This document shows, one piece after another, positions 20,402 through 30,687 of a stretch of 64,000 bases of DNA. Position 1 is the first letter of the stretch. The number at the start of each line of letters is the position of its first letter. The notes beneath the pieces are model-generated. The model saw only the letters and a list, made by a program, of their open reading frames with translations, was not told the DNA's origin and ran no database searches. This DNA is from an uncultured cyanobacterium (GTDB taxonomy: Bacteria; Cyanobacteriota; Cyanobacteriia; Phormidesmidales; Phormidesmidaceae), in NCBI GenBank assembly GCA_963793265.1, contig CAWBZI010000001.1:1536001-1600000 (forward strand). The letters are read 5' to 3'. Both the position numbers and the translations under genes were made by a program.

Positions 20402-20626
20402 AAAAGTAAAAAGCAGCTAGCGAAATTGTGAGCAGAAAAGCCCTTACAAGATTGTAGTGGCCTACTGTAGCGAACTACACATAAATTAAATGCTCCTTGA
20501 AAAGCAGGCTCAGGCTCGTCTCGTGCAACCAGCAATGCAACAATGTATAAAAAAGATCCTGCTGTAAGGCAGCGGTCGCCATACCCCTCCTGAAAATTCT
20601 CAGCACAATCGGAACGCAATCAGTCC

Positions 20627-22024
20627 ATGGCAAGATTCGGCAGACGCAAGTTTTTGAAGGTCAGTTTAGTCTCTAGTACAGCGACCGTCAGCGGCTCTCT
20701 TTTGCTTCAGAGCTGCACCCCTGATTTTGCTGCTATCGACGCTGCTGTACAGTCAGACGGCGAGTCTTTGGAGCCTGGAAGCGGTGAGTCATCAGCAGAA
20801 GGCTCAGGTGAGGCCGCTCAAAATGACGAAGCAGACGACACTATAAAAGTCGGCATTCTGCACTCGCTGAGCGGCACTATGGCGCTTAGCGAAACCCCTA
20901 TTGTCGAAGCTGAGCTATTGGCGATCACAGAAATCAACGCCAGCGGTGGCCTTTTAGGTAGGCAGCTTGTGCCCATTCAAGAAGATGGCGCTTCTGACTG
21001 GCCTACCTTTGCCGAAAAAGCCGAAAAACTCATCGACCAGCGCGGTGTCGCCGTCATTTTTGGCGGCCTCACCACAGAGAGCCGCAAAGCGATTTTGCCA
21101 GTTGTTAAGGCAAAAAATAAGCTGCTCTGGTATCCGGGCGCGTACGAAGGTCAGGAATGCTCCAACCATATTTTTTACGGCGGCGCACTCGCAAACCAAC
21201 AGATTGCCCCAGCCATTAGCTGGATGGTTGGCAACCGCGGGAAGTCGTTTTTCCTCGTCAGCTCCAACGCCCGTACGCTACACGAGATCGCTAAAGAGCA
21301 AGTCAGAAACTACGGCGGCAAAGTAGCGGGTGAAGCCTACGTGCCGATGGTTAACGGCGTCAATGTAGACATGTCTCCGGTGATTGAAGACATTAAAAAA
21401 GCGCTGCCCGAAGGTGGCATTATCTTTAACGCGCTGGTGGGCAACCACAATCGCGCTTTCTTTCGAGCCCTCAAAAGCGCTGGGCTCACCTCTGCTGACT
21501 ACTTAGTGATGTCCGTTAGAGTGGCTGAAGAAGAAGTCTTTCAAATTGGCTCTATTTTGCTAGACGGTCACTACGCTGCCTGGAACTATTTTCAAACAAT
21601 CGATAGCCCAGAGAACGAAGCCTGGGTCAGTCAGTTTCAAGATGCATACGGCCCGGATAGAGTCGTCGGCGCGCCAATGGCCTCGGCCTATGCCATGGTG
21701 AATCTGTGGGCACAGGCCGTCGCAGACGCCGGGTCTACAGATACAGACGCGGTGCGTGAAGCCGCCTATGGGCAAACGTTTCGCGCTCCCGAAGGATTGG
21801 TCACTATTCAGCCGAATCACCACATGACAAAAACGGCCCGAATTGGCAGAGTGGGTCGCGATGGTTTGTTTGAGATATTGCACACAGGCGAAGCGCCCAT
21901 AGCGCCTGTACCCTGGAGCCAGTCTTTGGCTGCTAGTAAGGGATTTGCCTGTGATTGGTCTGATGCTGATAAAGGCGAAAAATATGTCATCCAGTCGGCG
22001 GTCGAACCTGTCAAAGCAGATTAA
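20627..22024 (+). CDS. UrtA-like (urea/short amide) ABC substrate-binding protein, divergent, Tat lipoprotein signal
   Basis: GRRKFL, IKVGILHSLSGTMALSE, EDGASDWPTFAEKA and YEGQECS. Confidence 0.85.
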   Translation: MARFGRRKFLKVSLVSSTATVSGSLLLQSCTPDFAAIDAAVQSDGESLEPGSGESSAEGSGEAAQNDEADDTIKVGILHSLSGTMALSETPIVEAELLAITEINASGGLLGRQLVPIQEDGASDWPTFAEKAEKLIDQRGVAVIFGGLTTESRKAILPVVKAKNKLLWYPGAYEGQECSNHIFYGGALANQQIAPAISWMVGNRGKSFFLVSSNARTLHEIAKEQVRNYGGKVAGEAYVPMVNGVNVDMSPVIEDIKKALPEGGIIFNALVGNHNRAFFRALKSAGLTSADYLVMSVRVAEEEVFQIGSILLDGHYAAWNYFQTIDSPENEAWVSQFQDAYGPDRVVGAPMASAYAMVNLWAQAVADAGSTDTDAVREAAYGQTFRAPEGLVTIQPNHHMTKTARIGRVGRDGLFEILHTGEAPIAPVPWSQSLAASKGFACDWSDADKGEKYVIQSAVEPVKAD

Positions 22025-22247
22025 GCGTCAAATCAAGAATTGCTTATCGTAAATAAAGTCTGAATTTTTAGGAAATACGGGTGGTTTGGTAGCAAAAAGG
22101 CTTGGAACTCAGAGAAAACACTGATAGTCTAGCGGTTGTGTTCACCGCATAGTTACAAACTATACCTACGCTTGATACAAACGGAGGTATTTTGGCCGCA
22201 GGTGGATAACCTCGTTTATGTATGCCTTATTCACAGGACGTTTTACC

Positions 22248-22670
22248 ATGGCTAATCGTCAAACAAGAGCTAGAGCAACCAGCTCTGCAAGCAGTTTTGC
22301 AAACGATTTCAAAGAGTTTTTGCTGCGTGGCAATGTTGTTGACTTAGCGATCGCGGTCGTTATTGGTGCGGCATTTGGCGCAATCGTGACTTCTTTTATT
22401 GATGACATCATCACGCCATTACTCTTAGCACCTGCCTTAAGAGCCGCTAACGTAGAAGATATTGCTCTATTAGCCTGGGGGCCGGTTAAGTACGGCTCCT
22501 TTTTAGCAGCGGTGATCAACTTTATTGTCATCGCTCTCGTGCTGTTCCTAGTAATTCGCCTCTTTGAACGGCTCAAGCGCAAAGAAGAGGTGGTTGCAGA
22601 ACCCACACCGATTGAAAAGCTAGACGCCACAATGTTGCAGCTCAACGAAACCATTCAAAGCAGAATCTAA
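22248..22670 (+). CDS. mscL: Large-conductance mechanosensitive channel
   Basis: FKEFLLRGNVVDLAIAVVIGAAFG and YGSFLAAVINF. Alternative start at 22218. Confidence 0.95.
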   Translation: MANRQTRARATSSASSFANDFKEFLLRGNVVDLAIAVVIGAAFGAIVTSFIDDIITPLLLAPALRAANVEDIALLAWGPVKYGSFLAAVINFIVIALVLFLVIRLFERLKRKEEVVAEPTPIEKLDATMLQLNETIQSRI

Positions 22671-22681
22671 TTAAAAGGGCC

Positions 22682-22708
22682 GTAGGGGCGTCACGGCTGT
22701 ACGCCCTC
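22682..22708. repeat. Degenerate REP-like GTAG palindrome between convergent genes
   Basis: GTAGGGGCGTCACGGCTGTACGCCCTC forms an imperfect hairpin. Confidence 0.4.
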
Positions 22709-22722
22709 CGATCCGACGCCCG

Positions 22723-23217
22723 CTACGGACAACCCAAGCTATCGCGCGTGTCTACACCCGTCACAGGATTGGTGCCCTCAGCGCGATCACACATCTTCTT
22801 TACCTGAAAGCGATCGAGAATTGAATCAGAAAAGTCAGCCCCCGTGATGATAGTGTCGCCAAACGAGCTGCTGGTTGCGATCGCCTCTACAAACACCACA
22901 TTTGTCATATCCGAGCCATCAAACAGCACCCGATCGGCAAAGGTCTTGGTAAAGTCAGCACCTCTAAGATTCGTACGCATAAACGTCGCCTTCGTCAGAA
23001 TCGTACCGCTCATATCTGCCCCTGCAAAATTAGCGTCTCGCACGTCAGCAGCGGCAAAGGAAGTGCCTGAGAGATTTTTGCCTGAAAAGTCCGCACCCGC
23101 CTGGTTTGTCAGCGTGTAGTCTACGGTGTTGTCTTGTGCAAACGCAGGCGAGCAGAATCCGATAGTCAGCGTAATAGTCAGAGCAAGCGCGGTCAGCCAT
23201 TGTCTAGCCCTGGCCAT
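22723..23217 (-). CDS. Pentapeptide repeat protein (secreted/lumenal type)
   Basis: Signal peptide ending PAFA, A(D/N)F/L repeats and C-terminal [19 protein letters not shown]. Confidence 0.9.
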   Translation of the reverse strand: MARARQWLTALALTITLTIGFCSPAFAQDNTVDYTLTNQAGADFSGKNLSGTSFAAADVRDANFAGADMSGTILTKATFMRTNLRGADFTKTFADRVLFDGSDMTNVVFVEAIATSSSFGDTIITGADFSDSILDRFQVKKMCDRAEGTNPVTGVDTRDSLGCP

Positions 23218-23354
23218 TAGCTTTACCTTGAGATTACTTGTTTGCGATCGCCCAAAACCCATCCGAACCCAACCCTTACTACTACACATCTCCTGATCGT
23301 ATCGGATCGCGCGTTATTCTAGGAACTAATAGCCTGCTCTCTTATGCGAAGGTA

Positions 23355-23960
23355 ATGACCATGACCTACACGCTCAAGCGCTACCAAAGTCTAGAAGAAT
23401 TTTTCAATGACGAAGACCTACGCCCCAATGGCAACTACCGACTGCTCAGCACAGGCGAGGCCATAGAGTTGGCTTCAGAAGACAAACTCAACTTAATAAT
23501 TGCCTACGCTCTGATTGAGGCAATTCTAATAGACCAAGGAATTTCAATCATTCGACGCCTTCGTAGGGGAGACGAGGATCTTGAAGTAAGGCCAATGGGT
23601 GATAGGTGGCTCAATCGTCAACCTGATTTGGTACTACTCAAGCCTGAACATCTTATTAGAGAAGAAAAGGCGATCTATTTATCGATGAATCCGCCTGATC
23701 TGGTTGCCGAAATCGTGAGTCCCGGCGGCGACTATAGCGAAAACTACAAGCGTGACTACGTTTGGAAGCGTCAGCAGTACCAAGATAGACAGATTCCCGA
23801 GTACTGGATTATCGATCCGCATCGAGAAAAAATAACGGTGCTAACACTTGTAGAAGGTGAGTATCAAGAAGCTGTCTATGCAAAAGCCGAAGCGATCGCC
23901 TCCCCCACCTTTCCAACCCTACAGCTTTCGCTAATGTCTCTACTGCCTGAAGCGCCCTAA
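23355..23960 (+). CDS. Uma2 family endonuclease-like protein
   Basis: RQPDL, PPDLVAEIVSPG, RDY..KRQQY and IPEYWIIDP. Confidence 0.9.
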   Translation: MTMTYTLKRYQSLEEFFNDEDLRPNGNYRLLSTGEAIELASEDKLNLIIAYALIEAILIDQGISIIRRLRRGDEDLEVRPMGDRWLNRQPDLVLLKPEHLIREEKAIYLSMNPPDLVAEIVSPGGDYSENYKRDYVWKRQQYQDRQIPEYWIIDPHREKITVLTLVEGEYQEAVYAKAEAIASPTFPTLQLSLMSLLPEAP

Positions 23961-26227
23961 TCCTTTTGCAGCATTTCAGAAAAGTCCAGGTTCTCCGCAG
24001 CCAGCACCAGCACCGTAGACGGTAGCCCCTCAAGCCGATCTTGCAGCGTTTGATAGTACTCAACTAGATCACCTTCAGGCACCGCGAGCCCTAAGAAGAC
24101 CAGATCAGCAGTAGCCGAAGACTTCTGCAAGATCTCATTAAACGGTCTGCCCTTAGCCAAAATAATTTCAGGCACCGCACCGATACGTAGGCTCTGAGTC
24201 AAATTATCTAGGTTCGTTTGCGCCGCCTGCGCCGCCGTATCATCATTCACCACCAGCTTCAGCCGAATCTCTGCCGAGCGCCACTGCCAGCTCGTCCGCA
24301 GCAAATAAGCCAAGATCAGCATCAGCCCGCCGTTAGACTGCAAACCACCCCACCACACGTCTATTCTTTGCTTGTCGCTGCGACCGAACAAAGGCGGCAG
24401 CAGCGACTCTGGCTGTTCATCATCCTTATCATCTCTCAAGATAATTACGTTCCGCTTGGCATCGTGACACATGCGAATCGTATTGCAATAGCGCTCAATG
24501 CTATCAGGTGCCATTTCTTCGCTATCGCCTAGCAGCACCGTATTCGGCACCAGCGGCCCAATGCCGTAGGTTTCTAATAGCTGCTGCGTCCCGACAAAGG
24601 GATCGTCAGCAGTAATGATTTTGGTAAAAGCTTGAACGCCTTTACGCTCCAAAAAGTCGCGCAGCGTCACCTGGGCTTTTTCTTGTTGCACAATGCTGCG
24701 CGAGCCGCTAGGCAAGATGCTCGCGACTGTGATCAAGCCTCGGTTATGCGTAAAAGAACGGGCCATTTCAACTAAATGCCAGCGCTTTGTGGGCGTACCC
24801 GATAAAACCAGCAGATGAGGTCGCCAGTTTTTCGGATCGGCGGTGTCGTCAATATTGAGCAAAGCCGCGCGGACAATGGTCATCCATACGCCCTGACGCA
24901 CGTCGCCCCAGGTGCTCTCAATTTGCCTGCGCTCTAGCCAAAAGTAAATCAGGCCGACAATTACCAGCGCCACAATAGTGGCTACTGGATTGATTAAAAA
25001 CATCACGGCAATACAGCCGAGTGCGCCCAGCATGGAGAGTGACCAGTGCACTTTGAAGGTGGGCCTAAAGGAAGGACTTTGTAGAAATCCCTCGATGCCA
25101 GCAGCGATGTTGAGCACTAAGTAGGTGGTGAGGAAAAACATGGAGAGGACAGGGGCGATCGCATCCAAGCTCCCTAAGCACACAACGGCCAGCACAATCC
25201 CCAACGTAAACAAAGTGCCATAGCGCGGGTCGTCGTTGGGGCCATTGCCTTTACCTAGCCATCGCAACGGACTCGGTAGAATATTGTCGCGAGCCAGCGC
25301 CTGTAAAATTCTGGGCGCACCTAAAATGCTGCCTAATGCGCTAGAGAGCGTTGCGCCCCATACGCCTAGAATGATCGTGTCAATTTTGAACTGCCCAAAC
25401 AAGGCAATCCGCTTCATCACCATCAAATCTGGATTGAGTAGCGCTTGAGAAGCCGTCGGTGTTCGGGTCACCAGAATGTAGGGAATTGCCATGTAAATGA
25501 CGTAGCCGACAATCACCGCTGCCAGTGTGCCGCGCGGAATTGAACGAATTGGATCTTTAAGATCGCCCGACATATTCACACCCGACATAATGCCGGTTAC
25601 CGCCGGGAAAAAGACCGCGAAGACCGCCCAAAAGCCAACCCTTTCAACCTGCGCAAAGTTGATGGCATCCGATGGGTCAGGGACAACATCGTGGCCGAAG
25701 AATAGGGCGATAAGCGACAGGGCAATCGCCGCCATAATGATGTACTGCGCTTTAATCGCAACATCTGCCGAAATCAGCGCCAGTGCGGTCACCAAAACCG
25801 TTGTCACCAAAGCAACTAGCACAATCGGCGCGCTGGGATACACCAGCCGCACGCTCTCAGCAAAACCAATCGTGTAGAGCGCCACTGATAGCGCCTGAGC
25901 AAAGTACAGCGGAATACCTACCGCACCGCCGGTTTCAATCCCTAGCGAGCGGCTGATCATGTAGTATGCGCCGCCTGCTCGCACGACCTTATCTGTAGCG
26001 ATCGCACTAATTGAAAGCGCTGTCAAAAACGTAATTGACGTGGCGATCGTCACAATCGCCAGCGTCGGCCAAAACCCTACCTGCCCGACCACCCAGCCAA
26101 AGCGCAGATACATGATCACGCCTAAAATGGTCAAAATAGACGGCGTAAATACGCCCCCAAACGTGCCTAAACCATTGGCCTCGTCTTTGGCCGGTAGCGA
26201 ATCGACTTTAGGTGAATCTGAAGTCAT
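23957..26227 (-). CDS. Cation-chloride cotransporter (SLC12/NKCC-like) family protein
   Basis: LGTFGGVFTPSILTILGVIMYLRFGW, GGAYYMISRSLG, FFPAVTGIMSG, KNWRPHLL and IDVWWG. Confidence 0.9.
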   Translation of the reverse strand: MTSDSPKVDSLPAKDEANGLGTFGGVFTPSILTILGVIMYLRFGWVVGQVGFWPTLAIVTIATSITFLTALSISAIATDKVVRAGGAYYMISRSLGIETGGAVGIPLYFAQALSVALYTIGFAESVRLVYPSAPIVLVALVTTVLVTALALISADVAIKAQYIIMAAIALSLIALFFGHDVVPDPSDAINFAQVERVGFWAVFAVFFPAVTGIMSGVNMSGDLKDPIRSIPRGTLAAVIVGYVIYMAIPYILVTRTPTASQALLNPDLMVMKRIALFGQFKIDTIILGVWGATLSSALGSILGAPRILQALARDNILPSPLRWLGKGNGPNDDPRYGTLFTLGIVLAVVCLGSLDAIAPVLSMFFLTTYLVLNIAAGIEGFLQSPSFRPTFKVHWSLSMLGALGCIAVMFLINPVATIVALVIVGLIYFWLERRQIESTWGDVRQGVWMTIVRAALLNIDDTADPKNWRPHLLVLSGTPTKRWHLVEMARSFTHNRGLITVASILPSGSRSIVQQEKAQVTLRDFLERKGVQAFTKIITADDPFVGTQQLLETYGIGPLVPNTVLLGDSEEMAPDSIERYCNTIRMCHDAKRNVIILRDDKDDEQPESLLPPLFGRSDKQRIDVWWGGLQSNGGLMLILAYLLRTSWQWRSAEIRLKLVVNDDTAAQAAQTNLDNLTQSLRIGAVPEIILAKGRPFNEILQKSSATADLVFLGLAVPEGDLVEYYQTLQDRLEGLPSTVLVLAAENLDFSEMLQKD

Positions 26228-26410
26228 AGAAGTTTCAAAAGGTAAGTTTGACTCGTGGTGGTTTTATTGGCACAGCAGCATATGGTCGCTACGACACATA
26301 GTCGCTTTACAGTCTAGAAGGGTTCGCCCCCTTTGTGCGAGATCACACGCCACCGAACTGCTTTTTCGCTCCCGTTCCCCAGTCTTTTGCCGCCCATCTT
26401 TTCATCTTTT

Positions 26411-27253
26411 ATGAGTATCCCTTCCCCCTCCTCGCCTCAGTGGCAGCGCCTTCTCAAAAACGCAGGCACCTGGCAAGGCTCTTTCACCCAGGTTTCCCCA
26501 TATGGAGAAATCTTGATAGATACGCCCACTGAAGTCGCGCTGATTCCTCAGCAAAACAATCAGGCGATGCGTCAGGAGATCCATCGCTACCCACCGGGCG
26601 AGCCCAAGCAAACCAAAGTGCTTGAATACAGCTCATTGAGCCGCGCCACCTATTTTTTTGAAGACGGCGCGTTTTCTCAAGGCTCTACTCAGTGGGGGCC
26701 GTTTTCACAGTTCGGCGCAGAAATGGGGTTGATCGCGAGTAATCGTCGCCTGCGCCTCGTGCAGCTATTCGATGCCACTAACGAACTCAAGCAAATCACC
26801 CTGATTCGCGAACAGCTCAAAGGCAGCAACACGCCCGAGCAAGAGTCGCTTAAGGCATCAGATTTAATCGGCACTTGGCAAGGTGAAGCAGTGACACACT
26901 ACGCCGACTTACGCCCCGAGCAAACGCAGACAACTCAGCTTAAAATTGAAATGACTGGCAGCGATAGTATCCGTCAAACCCTTACGCACAGCCAAAACAG
27001 CCCGCCCATCACCTCTACAGGCACTATCTCAGGCTCAACCATTTCATTTACCCAGAGCACACAGGCCGTTCGAGTCTTATGCCTTCCCGATGGCGCTTCG
27101 GCCACGTTCCCGCCTACTATCGCGCCGCGTCAGCCGCTATTTTTAGAAGCTGGCTGGCTGCTAAATGCCCATACTCGCCAGCGCATGATTCGTCGCTACG
27201 ATGCTGCTGGTGCTTGGGTTAGCCTCACGCTGGTAACTGAGAACAAGAAATAA
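26411..27253 (+). CDS. DUF3598 family protein
   Basis: QWQRLLKNAGTWQGSFT, FEDGAFSQGS, LPDGAS and RMIRRYD..GAWVSLTLVTE. Confidence 0.85.
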   Translation: MSIPSPSSPQWQRLLKNAGTWQGSFTQVSPYGEILIDTPTEVALIPQQNNQAMRQEIHRYPPGEPKQTKVLEYSSLSRATYFFEDGAFSQGSTQWGPFSQFGAEMGLIASNRRLRLVQLFDATNELKQITLIREQLKGSNTPEQESLKASDLIGTWQGEAVTHYADLRPEQTQTTQLKIEMTGSDSIRQTLTHSQNSPPITSTGTISGSTISFTQSTQAVRVLCLPDGASATFPPTIAPRQPLFLEAGWLLNAHTRQRMIRRYDAAGAWVSLTLVTENKK

Positions 27254-27296
27254 CCGCTTTTCTATTACTTGGACAGATATTTAGACAGCCTCTTAG

Positions 27297-27929
27297 CTAC
27301 CGATTTACAGGATGCTGACCGTAAAAAGGCAGCACTGATTCCCATTTTGAGCGATCGCCTCTCTCCCACCGAACACAGGCCACCGTCATCACCCCAGTAA
27401 CAGAGCCTGCAATACCCTGCCCCACCTCTGTAGTCACATTAACCAAAGGCTTCTCCCAATGAGCTAGCACCTGATTCCACTCGTCAACGGGCACCACTTC
27501 ATCAGCGAATGCTGCCTGCAAATCACCACCCGCGCTAGGCCGGTAAATCGCACCAAAAACAGCCTCTCGCTTCGCAGGCATGATCACAGCAATATCGCTT
27601 CCCTCAGCCACCGCACCCGCTGCCAAAGCCGCCAGACTAGACACCCCAAACAGCGGCACCTCCAACTGCTGTGCCAGCGTCCGCGCTGCCACCACCCCAA
27701 TCCGCGTACCCGTAAAGCCTCCCGGCCCTTTTGCCACCGCCACAAAGCTCAGGTCTTGCCAGGTATAGGGCGCAATAAACTCCATCATTTTGACGTGCAA
27801 ATGGCTAGAGACATCGCGGCCTAAGTCCCATACCTGATGCCGTTCTACAGGTTCATTCTGCTCATTACCTACCGACTTGAGCATCAGGCCAAGCTGAGGG
27901 CTGCTCGTATGAATGGCAAGGCCCAACAT
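27297..27929 (-). CDS. tsaB: tRNA t6A biosynthesis protein TsaB
   Basis: LAIHTS, VAKGPGGFTGTRIGVVAARTLAQQL and LPFYGQHP. Confidence 0.93.
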   Translation of the reverse strand: MLGLAIHTSSPQLGLMLKSVGNEQNEPVERHQVWDLGRDVSSHLHVKMMEFIAPYTWQDLSFVAVAKGPGGFTGTRIGVVAARTLAQQLEVPLFGVSSLAALAAGAVAEGSDIAVIMPAKREAVFGAIYRPSAGGDLQAAFADEVVPVDEWNQVLAHWEKPLVNVTTEVGQGIAGSVTGVMTVACVRWERGDRSKWESVLPFYGQHPVNR

Positions 27930-27993
27930 GGAAAACCTCTAAAAAACTAAAATAAAGACATGCGCGAATGCCTTTGAATCATGCCACGTCCCT

Positions 27994-28293
27994 ATGCCAA
28001 CCTGCGAACTTTGCCTCAGAGACTGCCCGAAGCTTACCGAACATCACCTCACCCCACGCCAGCAAACTAAGCGTCAAAGCAGGCGACAGAACAAGAGAAA
28101 CCGACACGATCTGGGCCCCACTATTGATATTTGTCCGCCCTGTCACAAGCAGGTGCACACGCTATTTACTAACAAAGAGCTGGCCGCTGATCTGCACTCA
28201 ACTGACCTGCTGCGATCGCACCCCGACATGCAAAAGTTTCTCAACTGGATCGCCAAGCAAGACCCCTACAAAAAGGTACGCACCCGCCGCTAG
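27994..28293 (+). CDS. Small HNH endonuclease-like protein
   Basis: CELC...TEHHL.P...CPPCHKQVHTLFTNKELA. Confidence 0.85.
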   Translation: MPTCELCLRDCPKLTEHHLTPRQQTKRQSRRQNKRNRHDLGPTIDICPPCHKQVHTLFTNKELAADLHSTDLLRSHPDMQKFLNWIAKQDPYKKVRTRR

Positions 28294-28297
28294 GTTT

Positions 28298-29335
28298 CTA
28301 TTCTTTAAACCGAAAAGTCGCCATCAAAGGCAAATGGTCTGAAGCCTCTCCCGCCTCAGTCACAACCTGAGTTTGCAGCACTTCGAGCGTACTTGGCGTA
28401 TAGAAAATATAGTCAAGCTTGTATTCAGGGCTATCAGACGGAAACGTGGCGTTATCACTGCTTGACCAATCTGAGGTGACTACCGCAGAGGCAAAAACCT
28501 CAGAGGCGGTCATTTCTTGAATCGAAAACTTAGTCTCACCGAGTTCTTCACCCGATGCGGTTATAAACGTATCGCGGTTTAGAGCGCTGTTGAAGTCACC
28601 GAGCAAAATGACGGGGTGGGTTTGCGCGTATTCTTCTGCAAGCGATCGCACGACCTGAGTCTGCGCTACCCGTGTCTCCTCATCAAAAGCCTCTAAGTGA
28701 GTATTCATCACCACCAGCTTGCGGCCACCCATGTCTACTTCCGAAGCTTGAACCACCCGATCTAGATAGAACGCATTGTAGATAAAATTATTGCCTGCCA
28801 CCTTTTGCAGCACGGTGCGGCTGTTTTTTTCAATGGGATAGCGGCTCAAAACGGCTTGACCCGACAGAATTTTGCCAAAGTGCGCCGATACAGGCCAATA
28901 GGGGAAAGGCAGATAGGTTTTATCCCAGTTGATAGCGATCGCACCTGCTCCTAATCCCAAAGCATTCGCTATTGTCTGAGCCTGGTTCACGCCATAAGAG
29001 CGATCGGCTCCGAAGTCAATTTCTTGAAACGCCACGATGTCGGGATTGATCGATTTGAGCGCAGTGATCGCCTGCGTCTGGTTTGCCTCAAAGAAAGCCT
29101 TTTCGGGCTTAACCGTCGTATTGTTTGCCAGCCCTGAGAGGTAGCCAAGGTTGTAGCTGACAATGGTATAGCTGTCTTTGGCAGTAACCGATGCCGCCGC
29201 CGCACCGTAGTCCACAATGGCCGCATAGTTTTGCTTATCGTAGCTACCCGAAGAGGCCCATACGTAAAAGATTGCGATCGCTACCGTCGGCACACCCACC
29301 AGCAATCCCAGCAGCTTAAACATCACCTTCATCAC
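28298..29335 (-). CDS. Endonuclease/exonuclease/phosphatase family protein
   Basis: SYNLGY, FQEID, NTHLE, LGDFN, LDYIF and ASDHLP; N-terminal anchor. Confidence 0.92.
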   Translation of the reverse strand: MMKVMFKLLGLLVGVPTVAIAIFYVWASSGSYDKQNYAAIVDYGAAAASVTAKDSYTIVSYNLGYLSGLANNTTVKPEKAFFEANQTQAITALKSINPDIVAFQEIDFGADRSYGVNQAQTIANALGLGAGAIAINWDKTYLPFPYWPVSAHFGKILSGQAVLSRYPIEKNSRTVLQKVAGNNFIYNAFYLDRVVQASEVDMGGRKLVVMNTHLEAFDEETRVAQTQVVRSLAEEYAQTHPVILLGDFNSALNRDTFITASGEELGETKFSIQEMTASEVFASAVVTSDWSSSDNATFPSDSPEYKLDYIFYTPSTLEVLQTQVVTEAGEASDHLPLMATFRFKE

Positions 29336-29482
29336 CCTTTTTCCCCGCTCGCTTTCCGTTTAATACAACTTATATTGATAGGATTATTCCCCTGGGTAAC
29401 CTCGTAGAAGCCTTAGTCTTTAACCCACTCGTCTAAACACTGAGTTCAACCTGTCAAGTTCAACGTCTTTTGGAGCGGCTTA

Positions 29483-30667
29483 ATGTCCATTAAAAATATA
29501 ATCTTCTATGGATTTCTCGGGTTCATCCCAGTTTCCTTAGCCGCCCACTTTCTAGGCTGGGGCGACTTGATTGTATTCGTCACCGCAGGCTTAGCTATCA
29601 TTCCGCTTGCAGGCTGGATGGGTGCCGCCACCGAAGAAATTGCCGTCGTCCTCGGCCCCTCGCTAGGCGGCCTGATGAACGCAACTTTTGGCAACGCTAC
29701 CGAACTCATCATTGCCATCTTCGCGCTGCGAGCAGGTCTTGTAAACGTTGTAAAGTCCAGCCTCACCGGCTCTATCATCGGCAATCTGCTGCTGGTCATG
29801 GGCCTTTCTATGCTGCTCGGCGGGCTCAAGTTCAAAGAGCAAAGCTTTGAGCCTACCATTGCCCGGCTCAACGCCTCTTCAATGAATTTAGCTGTGATCG
29901 CTATCTTGCTACCAACGGCTGTGGACTTCACGTCTACAGGCATTGAGCAGCCGATTTTACAAAAGCTCTCTATTGCTGTTGCCATCGTACTGATAGGCGT
30001 GTACGGCCTGACACTGCTTTTTTCGATGAAAACCCATGCCTATCTCTATGACGTAGGCACCGCTGAAGACAATAGCGATCCTGAAGCGCTATCTGCTTTA
30101 GCTGGGGGGAACTCAGTGAATATTAAGTCTGGAGAGGGTAAGTTAGCCGATACTAAAGCCCACGACAACGGACATCACGAAGAGCACAAGCCCAACTTAC
30201 CGCTATGGATAGGCGTTTTGCTAGCCGCCACGCTAGTTGTCGCTGTCGAATCCGAATTCTTAGTCGGTACGCTCGAAGTCGCCTCTAAGCAGCTTGGCCT
30301 CTCTGAACTATTCACAGGCGTCATCATTTTGCCAATCATCGGCAACGCCGCCGAACACGCGACCGCCGTAACCGTCGCGCTCAAGAACAAAATGGATCTT
30401 TCTCTCAGCGTAGCAGTGGGCTCTAGTATGCAAATTGCCCTCTTTGTTGCACCACTACTCGTTATCGTAGGCGCATTCATGGGTCAGCCGATGGATCTTG
30501 ACTTCAACAACTTCGAGCTGCTTTCAGTTGCCGTCGCAGTTTTAGTGGCCAACTCCATCAGCGGCGACGGCAAATCCAACTGGCTAGAAGGCACTTTGCT
30601 ACTTGCCACCTACGCAGTCATCAGCCTATCGTTCTACTTTCACCCAGTCATTGAAGGCGTTGGCTAA
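29483..30667 (+). CDS. cax: Ca2+/H+ antiporter
   Basis: NATFGNATELII, GNAAEH and GSSMQIALF. Confidence 0.95.
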   Translation: MSIKNIIFYGFLGFIPVSLAAHFLGWGDLIVFVTAGLAIIPLAGWMGAATEEIAVVLGPSLGGLMNATFGNATELIIAIFALRAGLVNVVKSSLTGSIIGNLLLVMGLSMLLGGLKFKEQSFEPTIARLNASSMNLAVIAILLPTAVDFTSTGIEQPILQKLSIAVAIVLIGVYGLTLLFSMKTHAYLYDVGTAEDNSDPEALSALAGGNSVNIKSGEGKLADTKAHDNGHHEEHKPNLPLWIGVLLAATLVVAVESEFLVGTLEVASKQLGLSELFTGVIILPIIGNAAEHATAVTVALKNKMDLSLSVAVGSSMQIALFVAPLLVIVGAFMGQPMDLDFNNFELLSVAVAVLVANSISGDGKSNWLEGTLLLATYAVISLSFYFHPVIEGVG

Positions 30668-30687
30668 AAGCCGCGTATAAAAGCACA

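Noticed and set aside
20454..20478. Tandem GTAG-N4-CTAC palindromes upstream of the urtA-like gene as NtcA sites
   Set aside because: Spacing is GTA-N6-TAC, not the N8 that NtcA requires.
27994..29335. HNH plus EEP nuclease pair as a defence system
   Set aside because: Convergent genes, both containing HIP1 and host-like in composition; both are common standalone families.
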